A program made the position numbers and the translations under genes. 64,000 nt of DNA, taken from Octopus vulgaris. Taxonomy: Eukaryota. The notes under the pieces are model-generated. The model did not search any database. It was not told the DNA's origin and saw nothing but the letters and a program-made list of their open reading frames with translations. Location: positions 2,046,001 through 2,110,000 of the forward strand of contig OX597818.1 of the NCBI GenBank assembly GCA_951406725.2. Direction: 5' to 3'. Shown here piece by piece: positions 38,190 through 49,876 of this stretch; position 1 is the first letter of the stretch, and every line of letters starts with the position of its first letter.

Positions 38190-39807
38190 TTACTGTTTTA
38201 ACGGAAGAGAGGGTGTAGTTTCACCCTCATCTTTTCTGTCTGTGAGTGTTGTGTTTTGCGAGGTCAGTTTTTTTGCGAATTGCTTGTACAGATGGCTTGA
38301 AAAGTTCATCTGTAACGGGCCTACGTCCTCCGCAAAAGATTTTTTAATTTCAAAATAATCCTCGTTATCTATCGTATAAAATTCTACATTTTCGGATATA
38401 ATACTATTTATATCTGTTGCGATATATTTTTTCGCCGATTTCAGTAAATTAATTTTTTCCCTTAATGGGTTATTGTTTTTATTTATCGCCGTGAAGGTGT
38501 TTCTTTTTTTTTTTTGTTAGGTGATTGTGGAGGGGGCTGTGTGTGTGTGTTTGTGGGTGTGTGTGTGCTTGTAGAAGCGTGGGTGTCTGTAGGTGTGTGC
38601 GTGCTTGTGGTAGGTGTGTGAGTGTTTGTGTGTGCTTTTTCCAGTGTGTGTGTTTTTTGGCTACGTGTGTGTTTGCGACTGTATTTGTGGGTGTGGGTGT
38701 GCTTGTCTGTGTCAGAGTATAGTCCTGTGTATCCGAAGAGGGTGGATTTTTCCGTTTCCGTCTTCTTTTTGAAGCTTCCACGTTGACCCACTCCTGGATG
38801 TTGTTGATGTTGTTGTCATCGTTTTTGTCGTTGTTTTCTCCCGTTGTCGGCTGAATTTCGGCAATTGGGGTGCGCGACGTGGCTGCTATTTCTAGCGGTG
38901 AAGTTGTTTTCGGCGTCGTGCTTGCCTCTGTAGTATTTTCTTTGGCTGTCTTCTTGCAGCTCGACCGTATGTGGCCTTTCTCGCCACATTTATAGCATCT
39001 CGGTTTTCTTCCCTCGACTATTACCATCAAGGTGGTATCTCCAATGGTGAGGGAGCTTGGCAATTTTTCCAAGTCCGAGGGGTTCGCTTGGATCACAAGC
39101 TCTAAGTCCTGTCCATACCAGGTTGTGGGGCGATATCTTTTAGACTGAAGAATGGCAATTTCTTCCTCTTTGCCTAAGAGAATCGCTGCTGTTATAAAAT
39201 CCACCTCGATTTCGGGCGGAATGTCCGTAACCGTTATTCTACTAGTTCTCATTCCTAAATAAAATGGTAAAAGAACTACCTCTTCCGACTTCAACGTTCT
39301 TGTTGAATGTTCCCTAGCTATTTCTTCGCTAGGGAAACGCACCTCTACCGTGCCGAAGCGACTACCCCTTGTTATAAACGTAGTTTGTTGCCATATCGGC
39401 CTCAAACATTTTTCAATGGCTTCTCTCTGTACGAAGTCAATTTTCTTATTTTTGACATTATAAGTCTTGTATATGACAGTTTTTCTCTCCATCGCGTAAA
39501 TCAATTCACTGGGAGGGAACAACTTCACATTATTACCTTCTTTTTTTAGTAGTCCTTGGTATTTCTTTAATTCTTCCTTGTTGATGACTATATTTTCACA
39601 GGGGCGAGTTGCTGCACTCGCAAACTTTATTTTTGCCTTTTCTTGTCGTTTACTAACTTCGCCAGACATATTGTCGTCTGCTTTTGTGACGCTCGCGTGA
39701 GACGTCTCTTTACTTCTACCTTCCTCCTCCCGCATTTTCGCCTTCATGCCTTCAAACAAATTTTCAACGTTTTCCTCCGACTCGGAGGAGACTGGTTGCA
39801 AATTCAT
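38190..39807 (-). CDS. LINE ORF1 (nucleic-acid-binding, CCHC zinc knuckle), frameshifted in A-runs
   Basis: CYKCGEKGHIRSSC. A further open segment RNTFTAINK...TPSLPLKQ* ends at TAA 38190-38192 and is conserved in copy B. Confidence 0.85.
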
Positions 39808-39965
39808 GTCTTTTCGTCACTTCCCCCTTGAAACAAGGGGGAAAGAACAGCAGAGCTCTGCTGCAACAGCAGAAAAGAAGTGGCCTCGACGACCAAAACA
39901 GCAAATTTTCAAACTTTTCAGCACAAAAACAATCTTTCACTGCGGAGCAAAGAATAACACGACCG

Positions 39966-40033
<68 letters not shown>

Positions 40034-42326
40034 GTGTCAGGTCCTGTCAGAGTTTCAGTGCCCGATACCTGTCGTTCCGCTTCAATTAACTGCTAAGCGG
40101 ATTTCTTCAAAGTTTAATCTACTTTTCAGCTAAAACACACGCAAAAAAAAAATAATAAAAGTAAGTTTCTAATCGAAGATGCAGTTGGAAATAAATAGAT
40201 AGATATTAAGAATTAATAGACACGCATAATATATGTACTAATAAATATATTTTGATATATTGACATGTATGTTTTACATTCGTGTACTCCTAGTATCATA
40301 AGAAAAAAATTTTCTTTTGACATTAGACGAATCCGATAACAATAATTTTACTGACCTTGCGTGCCTGAAATAAAACCGTGAGTGTATTTGCGCACTTTCT
40401 CACGCACCCACTTCCATACACATATATTGCACAATTAAGTAGTACAAAGGTATATAAGTAGTAAAGTAAAAAACATTGATAAGAACGTTACCGTCATTTC
40501 CTTATTTCTTAAACATTTTCCATACGAAATGGATATATTCACTTGTGTTTTCTGTACCTCTTGTCTATTACTCGGGTGTACCCCGTTAACTGCGGCATAT
40601 TTCAACGAAATAGGTGAGATTCCGTTCTTTATCATTTTAAAAGTGACAAAACTAAAGTGATTTTACTTCTGTTTATTGTCCAACTCACACATTGGCAATT
40701 ATAAATTAGTTTATGTTGTATAAGAGGAGTGTGCGTACGGCCTAGATGAGATCCCATTTTAGTTCTTCCACTCATATTTTTGCTTATGTAATCCTTTCCC
40801 CAATTCCTTAAGTCAATCGGGATGACGAACCCCTTGATCTCCTTTGCAGATATCGGATCTAGTCAGTCTTATTCACAAAATGAACCCCCTTTAATTTTGC
40901 TCAGATTGCTTTCAATTTTGGTGTATCGATGCAACTCTGAATTTTGATTACGAATCTGATTATTTGGAATTAAAGTTGGGAAATTTGGGTAATTTTAGAT
41001 TGGTCTAGAGGGAATATTCAAACCAGGAAGTCACAACTGATTAATTATATTTTACTAGAAGTAAACAAGTCGTTGCTGGACAACCACTAATTTAGGGACA
41101 ACATTTAAAACTAACTACCCTGCTAGACCTAGTACTAAAAGGTCACCACCACCACCACCTCCACTACTACTAAAGAGCCATTCTCTGTTTCATTTGAGTT
41201 TACATTTTGATACAAGTTCGCTTATTTACGTTCGGTAAAAAAAAAAGAGAAAATATTCTTTAAAAGCCTATTGTATTGTTTTAAATAATTCATTTAGATA
41301 AATGTGATTTAATTCCAGATATTTCCTCTAATTGATAATTTTTATTTATATTAAACGACACTTTTACAGTACATAGACTGGGTGTCCCAGTATCGAATTT
41401 GATATAGATGAACTTTTGTTTTGATGATGACAGTTCAAAGTTGGCAGAAATTGAGTTTTTAATACAACTTGGGAAATATATCGCCCCTTTGTGGAGATAT
41501 CATGATTGTGTAAACACGTTTAATGGGCAGTGACAGAAACTGTGATGATCATGCCCCTCTACAAACATTATAAGTGCAAAATTGGGTGAAACAGTTACAA
41601 TTGGGGACTGAAACTGAACAGCCTTGAACTAATGAAGGAGTTTCTAGATGGTCGCTCAACATGCTAGTAATACAAGTTAAATCTCCGTCAGATCATAGCC
41701 TTACTATCTTCAAAGTAGTAGATATATCAAGTCCGAAATAATGACTGAGCTGTCGTGCTTGGAGTATCATGTTGTGGTGACCCTATACAAGAAAAGGTAT
41801 GCTCAACATTAAATGACGGATCCAGAGTATAGGGTCGCTGGACCTGCTGGAAATTACAGTTGAATCCACCCTCGGGGTGAATGATACATTTTAGTCATAG
41901 ATAAACTAAAAGATGACATGGTCACGACAGGTGTGTCGAGGCTACGAACCAGCTTCGAGTCTCGGTGAAATTGCCAAAGAAAATCTTCAGTTACAACCAC
42001 TTCCCTATTGAAAGAAACACAGACAGACTGTAACCTTTCAAACATTATATAGAGGCGTAAGAGAGCGTGATTAAGTAGATTTCGAATCCCAGTTGTATTT
42101 CATTTCGATCTGTAAAGACACCAGCATCACTTGTAAGTTAAAGGAACAGCTGTTAAGCATCATGTCACTTAGGATCAAAGACGCTCCAGCCATGCTCATC
42201 TTAAGGACTACACTGTCGAATGTATCCTTAAAAAGGAGCGGGGCTGAGTGTGATTTGATAAAGATTTCAGGTCTTTGTTCGCTGCTAATTCCAGCAGATT
42301 CGTTCATAGGTAAGAGGTAATTATAC

Positions 42327-42357
<31 letters not shown>

Positions 42358-42369
42358 CATATATATATA

Positions 42370-42437
<68 letters not shown>

Positions 42438-42524
42438 TTATTTGAGGGAATAAAATCCAGAACTTACAAGCAAAAACTTCAATTTAGAAATACTTATTCA
42501 AATTTCACACAATATAATATATAT

Positions 42525-42836
42525 ATATAAAAAAAAATTTGAAAAAAAACACCTTTTATCAATTCAAAATGAATTACACCATCTAGAAAATTACATATAA
42601 TAGAAATATTAAAATTAAAATAACAATAAAATGTCAATGATTAAGTAAATTGCTAAAAAATAATAATAATAACGTTATTCTACCAATTATATACGTTTTT
42701 ATTATTATTTTTTGCAATCTACTTAATCATTGACATTTTATTGTTATTTTAATATTTCTATTATATGTAATTTTCTAGATGGTGTAATTTAATTGTTCAT
42801 TTTGAATTGATAAAAGGTGGGTTTTTTCTAATTTTA

Positions 42837-42840
<4 letters not shown>
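42525..42840. repeat. AT-rich inverted repeat (~150-bp arms)
   Basis: ~42525-42675 is the reverse complement of ~42692-42840; flanked by (TA)n. Confidence 0.85.
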
Positions 42841-42878
<38 letters not shown>

Positions 42879-43509
42879 GTATATTACATATGTGTTTGTA
42901 TGTATGTTTGTGTGTATATATGTCACTGAATAACAAAAGAACAGGTGTTACATTATCTTTTTCATTAGCTTACAGCTGTTTCTGCCATAAAAAGCATTAC
43001 GTTCAGAGCCGAGTGCTTGTGCAACATCATATAACTTCCTCGGACTCATACATACATACATACATACATAGACACACACACGCACGCACACACACATACG
43101 CACACACACACATACACAAACGTACATATATAAATGTGTGGGTGTGTGTGTTTCGTTTTTGTGTCTAGTTTGCAATATTCTTTATTTGAATTCGTGCGTT
43201 GAAACAAATTTTGTTGGAAGAGTCATCATGCCAATATAATTACCACACACACACTGGTTCAATTCCATTCATTCATTAAATATCCGATTTTTTTTTTCTT
43301 TTGCCAAAGCTCTGTTGTTGTTTTTCTTGCAACCTTTTCAGTGACTGTTATAAAGGGCACATTTGTTTGTCTATTTGAGATTTTGTTGCATGTATGTATG
43401 TGTGTGTGTGTGTGTGTGTGCGTGCTAGCGTGCGTGTGCCTATGTATGTATGTATGTATGTACGTACGTGTGTATGTGTATGTATGTACGTACACTTGTC
43501 TGTCTGTTT

Positions 43510-44127
43510 GTATGCATGTATGTATAAACGTGGCATCTCCAGTCCGACCCGTCCACTTCACACATCTTCCCTAACCGACCCCTCCCCTCCTTCAAACGAG
43601 CCCAAAACCTAGGAGACCTCTTGGTCCACAGCTTCTTCCCCAACCCTACCTCCCAACCTGGCTCGTTCCCCTGCTCCCGCCCAAGCTGTCGCACTTGCCC
43701 TTACCTCTCCAACACCACTCTCCTCACCGGCACCCATCATCGACCCTATCGTATCATCGACTCCTTCACCTGCACCTCAAGCAATATCATCTATTGCACC
43801 TCCTGCTCTCTCTGCCATTCCCTGTACATCGGACAAACGGGACGCCGCTTGGCTGACCGGTTCGTGGAACACCTCGGAGTCATCCGCCTCGGCAATGACA
43901 CTCCAGTCTCACGCCATTTCCGCTCAACCGGTCACTCCTTGCAACACCTGTCTGTGTTCGGATTGTCCTTGCACAGAAGCCATCCGAACTCCCGCTTGCG
44001 CCGTGAACAGGGATTAATCTTCTCTCTTCGCTCTTTTACGCCATTTGGGCTCAACTCTCCCCCCTTTCATCTAACCTCCTCTCCGACTCCTACTTCTCTT
44101 CACTCCTACATCGTTTTGTATATGTAG
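43510..44127 (+). pseudogene. PLE 3' fragment: zinc finger + GIY-YIG endonuclease (Neptune-type)
   Basis: NLGDLLV..., CSRPSCRTC, FTCTSSNIIYCTSC...YIGQTGRRLADRFVEH, RRE, GLN. Confidence 0.85.
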
Positions 44128-44325
44128 ATTTATGTATGTATTTTTATGCATATATATGTACATGTATGTGTAGGTTTTCAATTATTGTTCTTTGATGGAT
44201 CATCGTGTATATATGTGTATGTGATGGTATGTATATGTGTGTGTATGTATGTATGCATGTGTATGTATATGTATGTATATATGGATATGTATGTATATGT
44301 GTGTATGTATGTACATGTATATGTA

Positions 44326-44367
<42 letters not shown>

Positions 44368-44685
44368 TTTAGTCTAGCTTGTACTTATGTAGATATGGGT
44401 TTTTATATATTTAAATTAGGATATATAATTACATGTGTGGTTATCTGTACATACAAATATGTACAGTTGTATATATTTACCCTTGCATGTGTGTGTATAT
44501 GTATGTATATAGATATACATATGGATATATGTATATGCATGTGTATGTGAATATGTGCGTGAGTATATATATATGTGTGTGTGTGTGTGTGTGGCTGTGT
44601 ATCTGTATGAGTGGGGTAATATGTAAATATGTATCTGAATATGTATATTTGTATGTAAATGTATGTATATAAGGACTCTTGGAGA

Positions 44686-44747
<62 letters not shown>

Positions 44748-45155
44748 ATATATTTATAATAATATGTGGAAGAATATATTATAATATATGTAGATACTAG
44801 TTTATGCATGTAGATGTATGGGTATATTTACATATGCATGTGCATATGTGTGTATGTGTAAATATGTGTTATGTGTGGTTATGTATAGATATGTGTGTTT
44901 GTCGAATAGTGGTACATATAGAGAATTGAATGTCTTTACTAGTATGCTTGTGGATATGGATCAATTTTCGTTTTGTTTACTTATTTAATAAAAATGTTAG
45001 GTATATATTTATTTAACTCATATATAGCTTATTTGTTTAATTGTAGACCTAAACCTATTTACAGAGTTAATTTTGTAAGTATTTGTATATGTTGATGTAG
45101 GAATGTATATGTATGTATATGTGTGTTTGGGTATATGTGTGTGTATGTATGTATG

Positions 45156-47527
45156 TGAAACGAACTTAGTGAGTGATGTGAATATCTTCGTGCACTTTTG
45201 GGGTGCACAAAGCAATCACTCTCACTAGCCGTTGCTTTAATAATCCAGAATTCCACTAGTCAGAAACAACAAGACGCAGACGTAAAATATACATATAACT
45301 ACTTTATTCTCTTTCTTGGTAAACAATAACAATAAGTGTGTTATCTGATGTCCCTGGTTCTGGGCGCGCAAGGCTGAAAGTTAATAGATTGTAATATTTA
45401 CAATATTCAGCCCAAAAACAGAAACGGATTCAAGATGGCGTCGAACAATGGAGACGATGTTGGTCTGCAACAATTTGGTTAAAGCCCCTTTTGGTAAGGA
45501 CTGCTAGAAGCTAGTTCGAACGGAGAGAAAATATGCCTGACCGCCGCCTTCAATCGCTGGGTCCCAAGTCGCCGCTTGCTGCTGCTAGTGGTCAAACATT
45601 CTACGGCCCCTTGCCTCGCTAACTGCTACGTAGGCAAGCGGGTCGTGCTTCCGGTGGTTCGCGCATGCGCGAGAGGGCCCTTCCTCTCACTGCCTTGGTA
45701 AAGGCACCAACACGCGCGAAATACAAATGGACGGTGCGCGAGCGCGCGCCGTTGTAGGATCACTACAGGCTCCCCTCCAGTGCGTACGCACGAAAGGAAA
45801 CTTATTGTAGTGACTGCAAAACTCAAGGTGGACACCAGATAACCAAATAGCACACAATAATATAATGGCAAAATTTATAACATACACAAGAAACTTACTA
45901 AAGGAAAAAGAGAAAAAATACTCAATGAGCAAAAATCAAGAGTGCATGCATGAAAGTGTATACGTCACAAAGTATGGAGCCTTCCGCTGTAGGAAGCGGA
46001 GGGAATGCAAAACTCACAGTTAATGAACCTAGGCGAAATTAAAATCCAACTTCTCTAAAGGTGGTTGATCCTGCAAAATAGCAGTTAAATCAATTGCTGC
46101 AGGAGAGGAAATGGAATTGACAGAAGCTCGCTAGTAACACAAAAGGCAAAAGTGCAAACATGCTGGTGTGATGCGCGACACAGATAATTTTCTGTTAATT
46201 ACGTGACCAAACAGTGGTCTAACAGGGAAAAATAATTACGCCTAAACATGGCGCAGCGCATGTGAACATCCGACGTCTATGAGTCGGGAAAAGAATTAGG
46301 CTAACGCACGTGTTGCAAAAACAAGGCAAGTACACGTGCGAAGCAAAAAACGCATGAAATGCAATGGTGCTTGCCAGACCGAAAAACAGCAAATGAATAT
46401 GCCAGTGGTTAAGCGATTATATGCTTCGTTCGTATAGGAACAAAGGTATGACATGCTGGCGCGTTATAATGGACAAACAACCCTCTCTATGTATACGTGA
46501 CCGACCTAGGGTCTATAGAAATGAGGGGTGTCCACAAAAGGCAAATTCAGCATGGAAAAAAAAAACAAGCGAGAAAAGCATGTGTGACGTATGTATGTGA
46601 GAGAGAACATTTATGTGTCTGTACGTGTGTGCGACAGAAATACATACAAGGTGAATGCGAGCAAAATACAAAAAAATACAGCGCATAAAAAAAAATGTCT
46701 CTCGGGCTATTCCAGACAAGAATTAATTTACCAGTCTGTAATAGCCTGATGTACAATAGCAGTTCGTTCTGTAACAGAAATGTTGAAATCACAAATGCAG
46801 ATGCCGATTGAATACATATCGTGTAGCGGTTGTGGCTTCAATGCTGTGACAGGTTAACTGGAACAGAAGAATCTCGTAGATAGACGGTGCTGTTTATCCT
46901 TGGTGTGCATATGCACAAAACAGCGTGCACGCTAAAGTTCCGCGAGTTGCTATGTACATCTTGTGGAGGTCAACGGTGGTGAAAGGCGACTGTAGTGGAC
47001 TTGGGACAACATCGTTCTTAGTGATGATGGCGACGAAGATAGCGACGACGTGAAGTAGAAAAACGACGATGATGATGACGAAGGTGGAGAAAAGGCATCG
47101 AATAGATGATGGCGTCCGTCATCATGGCTGTAGAATAAGAAAGAGGCTCCTTCTACAACTGTTTGTGGTGGCCAAAAACAGAAACGGATTCAAGATGGCG
47201 TCGAACAATGGAGACGATGTTGGTCTGCAACAATTTGGTTAAAGCCCCTTTTGGTAAGGACTGCTAGAAGCTAGTTCGAACGGAGAGAAAATATGCCTGA
47301 CCGCCGCCTTCAATCGCTGGGTCCCAAGTCGCCGCTTGCTGCTGCTAGTGGTCAAACGTTCTACGGCCCCTTGCCTCGCTAACTGCTACGTAGGCAAGCG
47401 GGTCGTGCTTCCAGTGGTTCGCGCATGCGCGAGAGGGCCCTTCCTCTCACTGCCTTGGTAAAGGCACCAACACGCGCGAAATACAAATGGACGGTGCGCG
47501 AGCGCGCGCCGCTGTAGGATCACTACA
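45156..47527 (-). mobile_element. Young, internally deleted LTR element
   Basis: 356-bp direct repeats 45412-45767 and 47172-47527 with three visible differences. On the minus strand the PPT CTGGAGGGGAGCC precedes TGTAGTG; AATAAA at 45302-45307; possible TATG TSD. Confidence 0.85.
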
Positions 47528-48103
47528 TATGTATGTTTGTATGTGTATATGTGTATGTGGATTGTAGGTAGGACTGTGTATGTGTGTAATGTGACGTTTT
47601 GTGAAAGTATGTGGATACATGTGGGTGCATGTATGTTTGTGTATACATGCATTTCGATTGTATAAAATATGGTCGGAGTTATATATGGTTTATTTTTGTA
47701 AATATATATTCGTGTCTTCACTTACAACCGTGTAGATTGTTGTAGGAACCCTTTGTTTGTGTTTAATATCTGAGTTAATTTAAAGATATACGTTGTTAAT
47801 ACGAAAGACTAATACGATTTATTTATTTAATAATCAGACCTTCTATTATCAAGCGGATAAGTTCAAATGAATTACCCAATTAGAAATACCTTATGATTTA
47901 AAATAACCGCTCCCTAACCCCTAATAATTTTGAAACTCTTTTGAAACATAAAGCATAAATATTGTAGCTTAACTTCAACTTTGACGAAAAGAAAAACTAT
48001 TCATTTGGATATAACAATTGAATTTGTTTGTATTACGAGGATGTATATACTGATAACCATATTCTAACTGTATGTTTTATATGTTTACATGCATGTATAT
48101 TTG

Positions 48104-48156
<53 letters not shown>

Positions 48157-48280
48157 ATGAATAATCTTGTATCGTAATTTTTTGATATGTTAGAATCTAT
48201 TATAATATGTATGGTCTAGTGAAGATTACTATAAATATAATAATATTGTTATTATTGATAAACATAATAATAATAATAAT

Positions 48281-48354
<74 letters not shown>

Positions 48355-48428
48355 TAATAATAATATTGATAATTGATTATTATTTATCTGTTCATAAGCA
48401 TAGACGTGTTTATATGTTCCAATGTATG

Positions 48429-48499
<71 letters not shown>

Positions 48500-48600
48500 G
48501 ACATGGTATATCTACTTGAACCTATTGTTTAATTGTGTTTATTCATGTATTTTACACATGCAAATAGTATATACACTTTGCTTATGTATGTATATGTGTG

Positions 48601-48661
<61 letters not shown>

Positions 48662-48799
48662 CGGAGATGTACTCGCATAGCAAGTAATTTGATCTGAGAT
48701 CGTGTGCTGAAACGAAAACAATTGCAGCGTGGAAGGTGTTTATAAGCCATTTAAGAAACACACAAAAGCCGTTCGATTCACTCCAACATTTAATTTTAA

Positions 48800-48849
48800 T
48801 TTGTCAAAATATTTTCGTCGCTAAAATCCGCGACCTGTTCACTGACAAA
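48800..48849 (-). ncRNA. Minimal hammerhead-like motif, G3:C8 variant
   Basis: Same stems and core as 8789-8839 with a different stem II loop. Confidence 0.7.
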
Positions 48850-49277
48850 GTCCGTGCTGCATCTAAGAAAGTAACAGTTAGTTCGTCATATATATGTACG
48901 TATGTATGTGTGTATGTATGCATACATGTATGTATGTATGTACGTATGCATGTACGCACATACGCCTGTGTGTGCATTATGTATGTATATATGTACGTGT
49001 GTGTATAAGCACGCACATACATTCTATAAAACATAAAGTTATAAACCTGTAGCGATGGATGGATGTAGAGTGACCACTCATCACAACGCTATCAAATTTC
49101 AACTCCCTACGGCCGAGACTAGAAAGTGAATTTATGACGCTTGCTCACAAGAACTATACCCTAAAATCTATTATCAGATTTTCATCTCTATATCACAGAA
49201 CAAATGTTTTACTATTGTTCGTATGTATATATGTATGTATGTGCGTATGTATGTATGTATGTATGTATGTATGTATG

Positions 49278-49311
<34 letters not shown>

Positions 49312-49876
49312 TGTATGTATGTATGTATGTATGTATGTATGTATGTATGTATGTATGTATGTGTGTATGTATATACGTACGCATGTGCGTATGTATGTAT
49401 ACGCGCTCGTATGCATGTGCCCATGTATGTGTGTGCGTACATGTACGTGCGTATGTACGTGTGCATGCCCATACGTAGGTATGTATGTATGTTTGTATTC
49501 ATGTGCTACGTATGTATGTGAGTGTCTAGGAGAATGGGTAGATGTGTCCGTGAGAGTGTGTACATGTGTATGTGTATGTGAACGTATGTCCGTGTACTGG
49601 CATGTGTCCGTCCAAGTTGTGTACATGACTGTTACTTTGCTGAAGGTTGTATACATATTTACATATATGTTAGTATAGACGCACACACATATATATATAT
49701 GTGTGTGGGTGTGTGTTTGTTCCTCTCATCATCGTCTAACCGTGAATGGATACAACGCCTAGGTGCAACTGTTCGTATCAAACAACGTCTGCTCATACCG
49801 TTGTATATAACTGCACATACGCATTGCAACCTGTATGTAAGGACTACAGGTGAAAGGGAGAGAGAGAGAGGGGTGG

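Larger units (their letters stand above)
34532..39968 (-). mobile_element. Full-length Tx1-clade LINE (copy A) with intact ORF2
   Basis: 5' UTR, ORF1, ORF2, and a 3' UTR ending AATAAAGAAATAC-(TC)n. Flanked by (GA)n at 34506-34531 and 39969-40030. Confidence 0.95.

Noticed and set aside
38148-38192. Simple -1 ribosomal frameshift from ORF1 to ORF2 at UUUAAAC
   Set aside because: ORF1 terminates at TAA 38190-38192, before both heptamers, in both copies, so there is no overlap.
40031-42325. Host exon(s) in the non-repetitive stretch, with a donor-like AG/GTAAGA near 42308
   Set aside because: No recognisable protein motif or convincing open frame. A short exon cannot be excluded without RNA-seq.
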